Source of the DNA: Verrucomicrobiota bacterium
GTDB lineage: Bacteria; Verrucomicrobiota; Verrucomicrobiia; JABWAM01
Assembly (NCBI GenBank): GCA_013288215.1
Contig: JABDCI010000002.1
Span: 14,226 to 78,225, forward strand
Reading direction: 5' to 3'
Length of the DNA stretch: 64,000 bases
The position numbers and the translations under genes are program-made. Each line of letters starts with the position of its first letter. The stretch's first letter is position 1. Positions 48,354-58,815 of this stretch are shown piece by piece. Below the pieces are notes generated by a model that saw nothing but the letters and a program-made list of their open reading frames with translations, was not told the origin of the DNA and searched no databases.

Positions 48354-50603
48354 TCAGCAGCATCTCGGTGACTTAAACCTCTTTTCTTCGAGTTGAGCCC
48401 ATAATTCGCCTTGAAATTTCGTCGGCGAGCATTCCACACAACATGTCGGATGGTTTTGGACACGATCCCATTGTGTCTGACCGGAAAGATGCTTTGCGAG
48501 GGCGAGCAAGAGGAAAAACCAACCGAACCAGCCGAACCTGCCCCCGCGGGCCCGCTCCACCGCGAGAATTTCGTCTGCAAGCCATACCGGCGCTGTTTCC
48601 CGGAGATCCAGCGGGCTCCTTCCCCCTAGGAGACCGATCCAACGCAACGCCGAAACGAGAAGGATCGCTCCCACAAGACACATCAAAATGCCCGCGACCC
48701 AAGCGTCAAGCTGCGCATTGAAAAGCATTTTTGACAGCTTTTCAGGAGGAATGCCGTTCTGGAGCCGCAGCCAGCGGAGTTGCGCAAGGAATCCGATGTT
48801 CGGATCGGGAGAAAAGATCTTCTGATAACCTGCCGTGAAAGTGACCGTCGAGAGCCAGACCAACGGAAGCAGCGTCACCCAAATAAATCTCCTCCGGCCC
48901 ATCTTGAGCAACACCGTCGTCGCCAGACAAAATGCGACGACTGCAAGAAGCTGATTGGCGATCCCGAAAAGAGGCCAGAGGCTGCGAATGCCCCCGAGCG
49001 GATCGAGAACGCCTCCGTACATGAAATATCCCCAGGCGGAAACGAGAAGCACGCTCGCGAAGATGTTCGCCGGATAGGATCGCATGTCACCCAGCGGCTT
49101 CCAAATGGATCCCAAAAACGCCTGAAGCAAAAATCGCCCCACGCGCGTGCCGGCATCCACCGTGGTGAGAATGAACAATGCTTCGAACATGATCGCAAAG
49201 TGATACCAAAGTCCCATCGCGCTTCCGCCGATGCATTGTGAAAAGATTTGAGCCATCCCAACAGCAAGGGTTGGCGCACCGCCTCCGCGATCAAACATCG
49301 TCTTCTCTCCCAGATGGTGCGCCAGGGAGTTCATTTGTTCCACAGTGACAGGAAACCCCCACGTTGTAATCTTGTGCACCATGGCGGCAGAATCCGCCGA
49401 TGGCGTGTTGATGGCAAAGTAGGTGCCGGGCTCAAGCGTGCACGCCGCAATCATCGCCATGATCGCGACTGCCGATTCGAGCAGCATGCAGCCATAACCC
49501 ACGGGACGAACATAGCTTTCCCGCGTGATGATTTTTGGCGTGATGCCGGAGGCAATCAGCGAATGAAACCCGCTGATGGCGCCACATGCGATCGTGATGA
49601 AGCAAAACGGAAAAACCTTGCCTGCGAAAATCGGCCCGCTTCCATCGACAAAACGGGAAATTGCGGGCATCTGCACCGGCGGCATCACCGCAAAGATTCC
49701 CAGCGCCAATGCGCCAATGGTGCCCAACTTCATAAATGTGCTGAGATAATCGCGCGGCGCCAGAAGCATCCACACCGGCAGGATCGAAGCGGCGAGACCG
49801 TAAACAATGACACACCAAGCCAATTGTGGGGCGGTTAATGTAAATGCATGCGACCATGCCGCATTTTCATACACAAATTTCCCCGCATAGACGGACAGGA
49901 GAAGCAACACCACCCCCATCACGGTGACTTCGAGAACCTGTCCTGGACGGATAAAACGCAAATAAAAACCCATCAGGATCGCGATCGGCATCGTGGCCGC
50001 AATCGTGAACGTCCCCCATGGACTCTCGGCCAGTGCCTTCACGACGATGAATCCAAGGACAGCGATCAGGATAATCATGATTGAAAGAATCGCCAGAAGC
50101 GCGATCACGCCCGCGAAACTGCCGATCTCCTCTTTGACCATTTCGCCGAGCGATTTTCCGTCACGCCGAGTGGAACAAAAGAGAATCGCAAAATCCTGAA
50201 CGGCGCCGCCTAAAACGACCCCAATCAGGATCCAGAGCGTGCCGGGCAGATATCCGAATTGCGCGGCAAGAACGGGTCCCACCAGAGGCCCCGGACCGCT
50301 GATCGCGGCGAAGTGATGGCCGAAGACGATCCATTTGTTGGTTTTGACGAAGTCGCGACCATCCTCATGCGATTCGCACGGCGTGGCCCGGTGGTCGTCA
50401 AGGACCAGCAGCTTCGTGGCGATCCATTTGGAATAAAACCGGTAGCCAATGCAATAGGTGCAAATCGCGGCGCTCAAAATCCATCCTGCGTTGAGGGGTT
50501 CCCCGCGGTGAAATGAAAGGATGATGTACGAAGCAACACCCAGTGCACCGACCCCCAGCCAGGCGAGAACAAAAAGAACCTTTTGAGAGGCAGAATGGCT
50601 CAT
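48354..50603 (-). CDS. cstA: carbon starvation protein A (peptide/pyruvate transporter family) with fused YbdD/YjiX-like C-terminal tail
   Basis: 749 aa; GHHFAAISGPGPLVGPVLAAQFGYLPG and about 18 TM segments; C-terminal ...AKHLSGQ...VQNHP...RCC resembles the small DUF466 proteins. Confidence 0.88.
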   Translation of the reverse strand: MSHSASQKVLFVLAWLGVGALGVASYIILSFHRGEPLNAGWILSAAICTYCIGYRFYSKWIATKLLVLDDHRATPCESHEDGRDFVKTNKWIVFGHHFAAISGPGPLVGPVLAAQFGYLPGTLWILIGVVLGGAVQDFAILFCSTRRDGKSLGEMVKEEIGSFAGVIALLAILSIMIILIAVLGFIVVKALAESPWGTFTIAATMPIAILMGFYLRFIRPGQVLEVTVMGVVLLLLSVYAGKFVYENAAWSHAFTLTAPQLAWCVIVYGLAASILPVWMLLAPRDYLSTFMKLGTIGALALGIFAVMPPVQMPAISRFVDGSGPIFAGKVFPFCFITIACGAISGFHSLIASGITPKIITRESYVRPVGYGCMLLESAVAIMAMIAACTLEPGTYFAINTPSADSAAMVHKITTWGFPVTVEQMNSLAHHLGEKTMFDRGGGAPTLAVGMAQIFSQCIGGSAMGLWYHFAIMFEALFILTTVDAGTRVGRFLLQAFLGSIWKPLGDMRSYPANIFASVLLVSAWGYFMYGGVLDPLGGIRSLWPLFGIANQLLAVVAFCLATTVLLKMGRRRFIWVTLLPLVWLSTVTFTAGYQKIFSPDPNIGFLAQLRWLRLQNGIPPEKLSKMLFNAQLDAWVAGILMCLVGAILLVSALRWIGLLGGRSPLDLRETAPVWLADEILAVERARGGRFGWFGWFFLLLALAKHLSGQTQWDRVQNHPTCCVECSPTKFQGELWAQLEEKRFKSPRCC

Positions 50604-50671
50604 ACAAAAGATGCGCCCGATAGCATGAGATTTGACCTAAGTTTGGAACGGCAAGCCGGATGCATCTCCTG

Positions 50672-51736
50672 CTACTCGTCCCTGTCCTCAAGGACATGAT
50701 AGCACCACGGCTGAATGAGGGTATAGCCCACCGCCAGGAGCGTTGGCCCCACGAAAATTCCGAGAAAACCGAAGTTGATGACGCCTCCAAGGATCCCAAA
50801 AAAAACAAGAATGAAAGGCAGGTTGCTGCCCTTGCTGATGAGGTAGGGTTTCACGACGTTATCCACACCACTGATAACGAATGTTCCATAGATCAACATA
50901 AAGATGCCCCAGCCGATGCTCTTCTTATAGAAAAGCCATATCGCGAGGGGAAACCAGATGAGAGGCGGCCCAATGGGGATGAGAGAAAGAAAAAATGTCG
51001 CAACGGCCAGCAGCAGGGGGAGCGGCACAGGCATGCGTACAATGAGAAATCCGATGCCCGCCAGGATCGCTTGCACCAGCGCCGTTCCTACAATTCCATA
51101 AATCACCCCTTTGATCGTCCCAGCCATGACGTCAAAAAGCTGATGTCCTCGATCTCCCACAAAACGCGTCAGAATCGACCGAAATCCCTCAACGATGCCC
51201 AGGCCGTCGCGATAGAGAAAGAACGCGACAAAAACCGTGAACAAGAGATTCAGGACACCTTGCCCCACATCGAGGCCGCGTGCCACAAACCATCCGCGCC
51301 AGCGCGTCAGCCAGTCCTTTAAAAGATCCACGAGCTTGCCGCCATTATGGGCTAAATCCTGCCAATAGGATTGAAGATGCGAGCCGAGAAGAGGAATCCG
51401 CTTTACCCACGCGGGTGGATCAGGAGCGCCTTCATTAAGAATCTGCTGAATCGTGCCCATGCCGCTCGTGAAGTCATTGACAAGACTCAGACTGACAATC
51501 GTGATGGGCGCAACCACGAGGACCGCAATGAAAAACGTCATGAAAAAGGCCGCAATCCCGCGCTTATGGTTCAGTCGTCGAAGGAGCCTCCCATAAATCG
51601 GCCAAGTGGCAAACGTCAGGATCGCCGCCCAGGTAATCGAGGCGATAAAAGGCCGCAAAATGGCAAGGCAGACGAGCCCAAGAAGAATGACAGAAATTGT
51701 TCCGATCCATTGTCGCCGACGCGCCTCGGATTCCAT
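50672..51736 (-). CDS. AI-2E family transporter (PerM/UPF0118)
   Basis: 354 aa, about 8 TM segments; C-terminal block GVDNVVKPYLISKG...GILGGVINFGFLGIFVGP. Confidence 0.75.
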   Translation of the reverse strand: MESEARRRQWIGTISVILLGLVCLAILRPFIASITWAAILTFATWPIYGRLLRRLNHKRGIAAFFMTFFIAVLVVAPITIVSLSLVNDFTSGMGTIQQILNEGAPDPPAWVKRIPLLGSHLQSYWQDLAHNGGKLVDLLKDWLTRWRGWFVARGLDVGQGVLNLLFTVFVAFFLYRDGLGIVEGFRSILTRFVGDRGHQLFDVMAGTIKGVIYGIVGTALVQAILAGIGFLIVRMPVPLPLLLAVATFFLSLIPIGPPLIWFPLAIWLFYKKSIGWGIFMLIYGTFVISGVDNVVKPYLISKGSNLPFILVFFGILGGVINFGFLGIFVGPTLLAVGYTLIQPWCYHVLEDRDE

Positions 51737-51797
51737 GCGCGGAAGCTACAACAGAGCGGAATTTTTAGCCAGCTTCATTGATGGACCAGAACACGGT

Positions 51798-52220
51798 TTA
51801 GGACGAGAGCTGCCCGAGCAGCTTCATGAGTTCGGGACCAATCTGGCGCAATTCTTCGCGATGGACCTCCGACAAACGGGTCAACACCTCTTCGCCTTTT
51901 GCCGACAACCCTAAAAATACCTGCCGCCGATCTTCATGCCCGGGACGCCGAATCAGAAGTCCCTCCGCAAGAAGACGGTCCGCAAGTCCCACGGCGCTAT
52001 GATGGCGAATCTGAAGCCGCTCCGCGAGTTCTCCTACGCTAATTTCCTCGCGGTGAGGAAAACCCTTGATCGCCAAAAGCACCTGATGCTGCTGCGCTGT
52101 CAACCCGAGCTCAAGCGCCGCCGCCTCGCTAAATCGCAAAAAATGACGAAGGGCGTAGCGGAAGGAGGAGAGCAATTCGTATTCCGTTTTCCCGATCGGC
52201 CTTTTGACGGGTGTTTTCAT
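51798..52220 (-). CDS. MarR family transcriptional regulator
   Basis: 140 aa; winged-HTH block LTAQQHQVLLAIKG...ISVGELAERLQIRHHSAVGLADRLLAEGLLIRRPGHEDRRQV. Confidence 0.85.
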   Translation of the reverse strand: MKTPVKRPIGKTEYELLSSFRYALRHFLRFSEAAALELGLTAQQHQVLLAIKGFPHREEISVGELAERLQIRHHSAVGLADRLLAEGLLIRRPGHEDRRQVFLGLSAKGEEVLTRLSEVHREELRQIGPELMKLLGQLSS

Positions 52221-52258
52221 AGTCGCGGTTCTAAGGATCTGCCTGCCATGAAGGAAGG

Positions 52259-52286
52259 TTGAAATTATATCGTAATACGATATAAA
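52259..52286 (+). promoter_or_regulatory. sigma70-like promoter candidate for the ClC gene (TTGAAA-16 nt-TATAAA)
   Basis: -35 TTGAAA 52259-52264, -10 TATAAA 52281-52286; the mirror-image TATAAT (52269-52264, minus strand) could serve the MarR gene. Confidence 0.35.
52265..52285. promoter_or_regulatory. perfect 21-bp palindrome (TTATATCGTA-A-TACGATATAA), candidate MarR operator
   Basis: 10-bp arms with all 10 pairs complementary; lies in the 65-bp divergent MarR/ClC intergenic region and abuts ATG 52286. Confidence 0.5.
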
Positions 52287-54112
52287 TGAAAGCTATGCCA
52301 CTTCCATTTGCAAAGACGGGGACTCCCCAAATCAACGACGACCGCCTTGCCGACTTCACCACCGATAAACGCGTGCTCATGCTTTCCGGCATGGCGCTGG
52401 TCATCGGCACCATCAGCGCCGGGGTCGCCTGGTGCCTGGTATGGCTGATTTCCGCCATTACGAACCTCGCTTTTTACCAACGCCTTTCCGCGGCGCCGGT
52501 TTCTCCCGAAAATCATGCTCTCGGATATTGGGTGGTGCTGATTCCTGCTGCGGGCGGCTTGATCATCGGAATCATGGCGCGTTATGGCTCCGAAAAAATT
52601 CGCGGTCACGGCATTCCCGAAGCTTTGGAGGCCATTCTCATTGGCCAAAGCCGAATGCAGCCCAAGATCGCGGCCCTCAAACCCATTTCTTCAGCAATCT
52701 CCATTGGAACGGGCGGTCCGTTCGGCGCGGAGGGGCCGATCATCATGACAGGCGGCGCATGTGGCTCGCTCTTTGCGCAGATGTTTCATCTTTCTTCGGC
52801 GGAACGTAAAACGCTCCTCGTCGCCGGCGCCGCAGGGGGAATGTCCGCAATCTTTGCCACACCGGTCGCCGCCGTTCTCCTCGCAGTGGAACTTCTGCTC
52901 TTCGAATGGAAACCTCGCAGTTTTATTCCTGTTGCGCTCGCCTCCATTGTCGCTTCGGCATGGCGCGTGCCACTTATGGGTGTGGCTCCCATCTTTCCTG
53001 TGATTCCGCACCCCGTTCTGGGGGCCACGGAGCTTGCCATCGCGTTTGCCGTCGGAATCTCCGCCGGATTGGCGTCCAGCCTTCTCACCACGCTTGTTTA
53101 CAAATTCGAAGATCTTTTCCATAAACTTCCCTTTCACTGGATGTGGTGGCCCCTTCTGGGCGGACTCTTGGTCGGGGTTTGCGGCTTCCTCGATCCACGC
53201 GTTTTTGGCGTCGGTTACGATGTCATCCATAGCCTGCTTCGAGGCGAAGGACGGGGGACGGGACTTCTTGGCTTGACCATCCTCAAGGCGCTGGCATGGT
53301 CCGTCGCTCTGGGCTCTGGAACATCCGGGGGGGTGCTCGCGCCTCTTTTGATGATGGGCGGCTCCCTCGGCGTCCTTGAATCCAGGTGGATTCCGATGGG
53401 TGACCCTGCGCTTTGGGGAATGATCGGAATGGGCGCGATGATGGGCGGCACGATGCGCTCACCCTTCACGGCCACCCTTTTTATTCTCGAACTGACACAC
53501 GATCTTAATGCTCTGCCGGCCCTGCTTGCCGGATGCGTCGCGTCCCAAGCGGTCACCGTCCTGATGTTGCGCCGCTCCATCCTTACCGAAAAGGTCGCTC
53601 GGCGAGGCTATCACATCATCCGCGAATATTCCGTCGATCCACTGCACACCCTGCGAGTCGAAGAGGTCATGGACAAACAGGTTGCCACCCTCCCCGTCGG
53701 AATGAGGGTGCAGGAACTCTCTCAACGCATTGCGCGGGGGGAGCCCGCTTTCGTCCGGCATCACGCGATGCCGATCGTGGACGATGCCGGAATTTTGGTC
53801 GGCATCATCACGCGAGGCGATTTATTGCGCACCCTGGAACGAAACGGCCAGGAGAATCCGATCGTCCTGGATGCGGGAACAAAACGATTGATCGTTACCT
53901 ATCCAGACGAACTCATGAGCGAGGCGGCAGACAAAATGCTGAGGAACCATATCGGACGGCTGCCGGTTGTGAGCCGCGAGGATCCCCGAAAGCTCATCGG
54001 GTACATTGGTCGAATCGCAGTCCTCGAAGCTCGCCTGCAAACACATCACGAGGAAAACGTTCGTGAGACAGGTTGGCATTCCGTTCCACATCGAGGATTT
54101 TTACAGCGGTAA
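52286..54112 (+). CDS. ClC family chloride/proton channel-transporter with two C-terminal CBS domains
   Basis: GSEKIRGHGIPE, GTGGPFGAEGPIIMTG, GSGTSGGVLAPLL; CBS pair at the C-terminus; start may be ATG 52295 if the promoter call is right. Confidence 0.88.
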   Translation: MKAMPLPFAKTGTPQINDDRLADFTTDKRVLMLSGMALVIGTISAGVAWCLVWLISAITNLAFYQRLSAAPVSPENHALGYWVVLIPAAGGLIIGIMARYGSEKIRGHGIPEALEAILIGQSRMQPKIAALKPISSAISIGTGGPFGAEGPIIMTGGACGSLFAQMFHLSSAERKTLLVAGAAGGMSAIFATPVAAVLLAVELLLFEWKPRSFIPVALASIVASAWRVPLMGVAPIFPVIPHPVLGATELAIAFAVGISAGLASSLLTTLVYKFEDLFHKLPFHWMWWPLLGGLLVGVCGFLDPRVFGVGYDVIHSLLRGEGRGTGLLGLTILKALAWSVALGSGTSGGVLAPLLMMGGSLGVLESRWIPMGDPALWGMIGMGAMMGGTMRSPFTATLFILELTHDLNALPALLAGCVASQAVTVLMLRRSILTEKVARRGYHIIREYSVDPLHTLRVEEVMDKQVATLPVGMRVQELSQRIARGEPAFVRHHAMPIVDDAGILVGIITRGDLLRTLERNGQENPIVLDAGTKRLIVTYPDELMSEAADKMLRNHIGRLPVVSREDPRKLIGYIGRIAVLEARLQTHHEENVRETGWHSVPHRGFLQR

Positions 54113-54195
54113 AGCCGTTTCCCGTTTTTTGTCTTTTTTAAGCCGGATTTTATCCATGTCTTGCACAGTCACGAAAATTCATTAATTCTTCTGAC

Positions 54196-54906
54196 GTGAC
54201 AGATAAAGTCCAGCGTATCACCTCAGTTTTCTCTTCTTCGATCGGCAAAAAACTTATCGTCGCATTCACGGGGGTGATCCTGACGGGCTTCGTGGTGGGA
54301 CATATGCTCGGAAACCTTCAGGTTTTTTTGGGCCAGGATAAGTTCAACACCTATGCCTCGTTTCTTCAGGGCCTCGGTGAACTCCTTTATGTCGTGCGCG
54401 GCATGCTCCTATTGGCAGTGATCCTCCATATCTACTTTTCCATTAAACTGGCGCTTGAGAATCGGGAAGCGCGTCCCATCCCCTATGCCGTCAAAAAATA
54501 TCGCGAAGCGAGCTACGCGTCACGCACGATGCACTATTCGGGAATCATCGTGTTCGCGTTCATCGTTTACCATATCCTGCACTTCACCCTGGGCAAAGTG
54601 CATCCGCAATATTACCATTATATCGATCCTAAGGGACGCCATGACGTTTATTCGATGGTCATCCTGAGTTTTCGCAATCCTCTCATTTCCGGAACATATA
54701 TCGTTTCGATGTTTCTCTTGGCGTGGCATTTGAGCCACGGCTTTTCGAGCCTCTTTCAGACGCTGGGCCTCAATAACGCACGACTTCGCCCCGTCCTTGG
54801 GACGCTTGGCACTCTCCTTGCCTGGGCGGTTTTCGCAGGTTATGTTTCCATTCCTCTGGCCGCATGGACGGGAATTCTGAAACTTCCACCGGGGGTGCTG
54901 CCATGA
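54196..54906 (+). CDS. sdhC: succinate dehydrogenase/fumarate reductase cytochrome b subunit (single 5-TM b558-type anchor)
   Basis: 236 aa; 5 TM helices with His ligand candidates (VGHMLGN, ILHIYFS, YHILHF, WHLSHG); position upstream of sdhA; GTG start. Confidence 0.8.
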   Translation: MTDKVQRITSVFSSSIGKKLIVAFTGVILTGFVVGHMLGNLQVFLGQDKFNTYASFLQGLGELLYVVRGMLLLAVILHIYFSIKLALENREARPIPYAVKKYREASYASRTMHYSGIIVFAFIVYHILHFTLGKVHPQYYHYIDPKGRHDVYSMVILSFRNPLISGTYIVSMFLLAWHLSHGFSSLFQTLGLNNARLRPVLGTLGTLLAWAVFAGYVSIPLAAWTGILKLPPGVLP

Positions 54907-56816
54907 CCTTGGACGCCAAAATTCCTGCGGGACCTCTTGTTGAAAAGTGGGAGCGCCACAAGTTTGAGATGAAGCTCGTGAACCCTGCCAACAAGCGGAA
55001 GTTCCATTGCATCATTGTCGGCTCAGGCCTCGCAGGCGCTTCAGCCGCGGCAACACTGGCCGAACTCGGCTACAACGTCGAATGCTTCTGTTACCAGGAC
55101 AGCCCGCGGCGCGCCCACAGCATCGCAGCCCAAGGCGGCATCAACGCCGCGAAAAACTATCAGAACGATGGTGACAGCGTCTTCCGCCTTTTCTACGACA
55201 CGGTCAAGGGAGGCGACTTTCGATCACGGGAAGCCAACGTCTACCGTCTCGCCCAGGTGAGCGGCAGCATCATCGATCAATGTGTCGCGCAAGGAGTGCC
55301 TTTCGCACGCGAATATGGAGGCAATCTCACAAACCGTTCTTTCGGCGGCGCGCTCGTCTCCCGCACTTTTTACGCCCGCGGTCAAACCGGACAACAGCTT
55401 CTCCTTGGCGCGTATCAGGCGCTTTGCCGTCAGATTGATGCGGGCAATGTAAAAATGTTTCCGCGCACCGAGATGCTTGAGCTTGTGCTGGTCAACGGCA
55501 AAGCCCGCGGCATTGTGGTGCGCAACCTCGTCACTGGAAAAATTTCATCGCATGCCGCGGATGCGATTGTCCTTGCGACGGGCGGCTATTCCAATGTCTT
55601 CTTCCTTTCCACCAATGCGGTGGGCTGCAATACCACAGCTATTTTTCGCGCGTACAAAAAAGGCGCGCTTTTCGCCAATCCCTGTTTCACGCAGATCCAT
55701 CCGACTTGCATTCCGGTCAGTGGCGATCATCAGTCCAAGCTGACCCTGATGTCCGAATCGCTTCGCAACGACGGACGGATCTGGGTCCCGAAGAAGGCCG
55801 GGGACAAACGCGAGCCTCAGGCTATTCCGGAAGCCGACCGGGACTATGTCCTCGAACGGAAATATCCCACCTACGGAAATCTGGCGCCTCGCGACATCGC
55901 CTCTCGCGCGGCCAAACAAGTGTGTGACGAAGGCCGCGGGGTCGGGCCTTCGGGGCTGGGCGTTTATCTCGATTTTTCGGAAGCAATCTCCCGCCTCACG
56001 GAACATACGGTGCGAGAGCGTTACGGCAATCTCTTCCAAATGTACGAGAAAATCACGGGGGAAAATCCCTATCGGATGCCGATGCGCATTTTCCCCGCCC
56101 CTCATTACACCATGGGGGGGCTTTGGGTGGATTACAATCTGATGAGCAACATTCCCGGGCTGCATGTGGTTGGCGAAGCCAACTTCTCCGATCATGGCGC
56201 AAACCGCCTCGGCGCCAGTGCCTTGATGCAAGGCCTTGCCGACGGATATTTTATCCTTCCCTATACCCTCGGACACTACTTCGCCTCGACGAAACCAGAA
56301 AAGGTGGACTCGAGCCATGCGGAATTCAGGAAAGCGGAGGAAGAAGTGCGCGAGCGTCTGAAAAAATTCCTTTCGATCCGTGGCAAGCGCACCACAACCT
56401 CCTTCCATCGTGAACTGGGCCAGTTGATGTGGAACGAGTGCGGGATGAGCCGCACGGATGCAAGCCTGCGCAAGGCGCTGCAGCGCATTCCGGAAATCCG
56501 AGAGGAATTTTGGCGCAATCTCGACGTGCTTGGATCCCATGACGAACTGAACACTTCGCTCGAGCGAGCAGGGCGCGTCGCCGATTTTATCGAACTTGCC
56601 GAATTAATCTGTCAGGATGCATTGCACCGAACGGAATCGTGCGGAGGCCATTTCCGCGAGGAAAGCCAGACCGAGGAAGGCGAAGCGTTGCGCGATGACG
56701 ACCACTTCTGCTACGTCGCAGCATGGGAACATCAAGGCGTGGGCAAGCCCCCATCACTGCACAAAGAAGCGCTCCAGTTCGAAAACGTGCACCTGGCGCA
56801 AAGGAACTATAAATAA
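54903..56816 (+). CDS. sdhA: succinate dehydrogenase/fumarate reductase flavoprotein subunit
   Basis: [28 protein letters not shown] (FAD-linking His), [10 protein letters not shown]; ATG 54903 overlaps the sdhC stop (ATGA). Confidence 0.93.
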   Translation: MTLDAKIPAGPLVEKWERHKFEMKLVNPANKRKFHCIIVGSGLAGASAAATLAELGYNVECFCYQDSPRRAHSIAAQGGINAAKNYQNDGDSVFRLFYDTVKGGDFRSREANVYRLAQVSGSIIDQCVAQGVPFAREYGGNLTNRSFGGALVSRTFYARGQTGQQLLLGAYQALCRQIDAGNVKMFPRTEMLELVLVNGKARGIVVRNLVTGKISSHAADAIVLATGGYSNVFFLSTNAVGCNTTAIFRAYKKGALFANPCFTQIHPTCIPVSGDHQSKLTLMSESLRNDGRIWVPKKAGDKREPQAIPEADRDYVLERKYPTYGNLAPRDIASRAAKQVCDEGRGVGPSGLGVYLDFSEAISRLTEHTVRERYGNLFQMYEKITGENPYRMPMRIFPAPHYTMGGLWVDYNLMSNIPGLHVVGEANFSDHGANRLGASALMQGLADGYFILPYTLGHYFASTKPEKVDSSHAEFRKAEEEVRERLKKFLSIRGKRTTTSFHRELGQLMWNECGMSRTDASLRKALQRIPEIREEFWRNLDVLGSHDELNTSLERAGRVADFIELAELICQDALHRTESCGGHFREESQTEEGEALRDDDHFCYVAAWEHQGVGKPPSLHKEALQFENVHLAQRNYK

Positions 56817-57566
56817 ATGGACCTGACGCTTTACGTGTGGCGCCAAAAGGACGCAAAGGATTCCGGCCGGCTGGAGAAATATCCCGCCAAATCCATCGAT
56901 CCAAATATGTCCTTCCTGGAAATGCTCGACGTGGTCAATGAAGGCCTGATTCAGCAAAACATCGAGCCGATCGCATTCGACAGTGATTGCCGCGAAGGCA
57001 TCTGCGGCACCTGTTCCATGACGATCAACGGCATTCCGCACGGTCCAGAGCGCGGCACCACGGTTTGCCAGCTTCATATGCGAAAGTTCAAGGATGGCGA
57101 CGCGATTTACATCGAGCCGTTCCGCGCACGCGCCTTTCCCGTGCTGAGGGACCTGATAACCGACCGCAGCGCCTTTGACCGCATCATTCAGGCCGGCGGC
57201 TATGTCTCGATCAACACCGGCGGCGTGCCGGACGGGAATGCCATTCCCGTGCCCAAGGTGGCGCAAGAAGAAGCGATGGATGCCGCGCAATGCATCGGAT
57301 GCGGCGCGTGCGTCGCCGCGTGCAAGAATGCCTCCGCCATGCTTTTTGTTTCCGCCAAGGTTTCCCATCTTGCACTGCTGCCGCAAGGAGCCGTTGAGCG
57401 AAAACGCCGCGTCCTTAACATGGTCGGGCAAATGGATGCGGAAAGTTTCGGCAGTTGCACCAACCAGTACGAATGCGAAGCAGTCTGCCCCAAGGAAATT
57501 AGCGTCCAATTCATCGCGCGCATGAACCGGGAATATCTTCAAGGCAGGGTCTTGCCGGAAGCATAA
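56817..57566 (+). CDS. sdhB: succinate dehydrogenase/fumarate reductase iron-sulfur subunit
   Basis: CREGICGTC (2Fe-2S), [11 protein letters not shown] (4Fe-4S), [12 protein letters not shown] (3Fe-4S). Confidence 0.92.
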   Translation: MDLTLYVWRQKDAKDSGRLEKYPAKSIDPNMSFLEMLDVVNEGLIQQNIEPIAFDSDCREGICGTCSMTINGIPHGPERGTTVCQLHMRKFKDGDAIYIEPFRARAFPVLRDLITDRSAFDRIIQAGGYVSINTGGVPDGNAIPVPKVAQEEAMDAAQCIGCGACVAACKNASAMLFVSAKVSHLALLPQGAVERKRRVLNMVGQMDAESFGSCTNQYECEAVCPKEISVQFIARMNREYLQGRVLPEA

Positions 57567-57722
57567 CTCCCAGGAATTCGTTTTTTTCGTCAGCATCTGC
57601 GATGACGGTGCCATCAGGTATTTTAGTAGGCTGAAAACCGCCTTTTTGACAGCAGGCAACCGGAAAAATCCCGACTCCAAGATCGGTTTTGCGAAACGGA
57701 CATTCGACGTTAGCCTGTTTCT

Positions 57723-57914
57723 ATGAAAATTCTTCTCCAGCTCAAGAAAATGAAACTTTATTTTCAGGATTGGGGTCTTTGGACCTCCAATCCTCGTGAA
57801 GCCTGCGCCTTTTCGACTCTCACAGAAGCCTTGGATTTCCTGCGCAGGAACAGGCTTTCTGAAACCGAATTTGAGTTCCGGACGTGGAATATAGCTTCGG
57901 AAATGCCTGCCTAA
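57723..57914 (+). CDS. small hypothetical protein (63 aa)
   Basis: isolated ORF in an otherwise empty spacer; no recognisable motif. Confidence 0.2.
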   Translation: MKILLQLKKMKLYFQDWGLWTSNPREACAFSTLTEALDFLRRNRLSETEFEFRTWNIASEMPA

Positions 57915-57966
57915 GCACCGTTGTCTGCTGTTGAGTACAGAGCCTTCGCTGGTGAAAGAGCCGATA

Positions 57967-58051
57967 TGGTGGGCGAGACAGGATTTGAACCTGCACCCCT
58001 TGCGGGACCGGATCCTAAGTCCGGCGCGTCTGCCAGTTCCGCCACTCGCCC
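57967..58051 (-). tRNA. tRNA-Leu (anticodon TAG), long variable arm, CCA encoded
   Basis: reverse complement GGGCGAG...CCGGA/CTTAGGA/TCCGG-TCCCGCAAGGGGTG-CAGGT/TCAAATC/CTGTC?-CTCGCCC-ACCA; 85 nt class II tRNA. Confidence 0.9.
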
Positions 58052-58163
58052 TCCTCTAGAAAATCCGCTCCTTCCTCTTCCTAGATGAGGCTTCTAACAT
58101 ACCATTCTTGCATACAGCAAGGCTACTGATCTTGATCGCAAGCATCCCGTCCGACGCAGACTT

Positions 58164-58768
58164 TCAGCAAAAAGGAGTGCCGCGGTAGATGACGAAACTC
58201 GCATAGGGATCGCTGCCGACTTCGTCATGGACGAGATGCAGCATAGACGACGCATCGAAAACCGACCGAGAACGCGGATTCACATAGACGACGAAAAGAT
58301 CGGAGGGATCTTTTTTAAAAGCAGACTCAATTCCCGCCACAACCTGGGCCATGAGAGAAGTTTGAAAGGGATTTAATAAATAAACCACCTTTCCTCCTCC
58401 AGGCATCGAAAAATGCTCCGCATCCATGCAGACAGTGGTGACATCAAAACATTTTTGATCTGCACTTCGATGCGCCCTGAGATTGTCGCAGGCAATCGTG
58501 TGATGATGCCGTGAAGGCTCAACACCTATGATTTTTTGGAAGGGATAATGGGATGCGAGCAGCAACGTGCGGCCTTTCCCCGATCCCAAGTCGATGAAAG
58601 TAAAATCCTCAAAACGAATGCGAAGGAGGCGCATCGTTTTTTCGAACGTGGTCGGCCGCGTCGGATCATAGTCCAGAACCTTTTCGATGAAACGATTCGA
58701 AAACCAGTCTATCGGTTGGATTTTGTCGGTTGGGAAGCCCATTTCGGAAGAGAGTGTATTTTTCATAT
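58164..58768 (-). CDS. class I SAM-dependent methyltransferase
   Basis: 200 aa from ATG 58768; motif I FIDLGSGKGRTLLLAS and IIGVE; the ORF-track extension to 58991 runs antisense into modA. Confidence 0.6.
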
Positions 58769-58815
58769 GCAGGCGCCTAATTGACAGAGTCTCACCAATG
58801 CGGTGAAATAATCCA

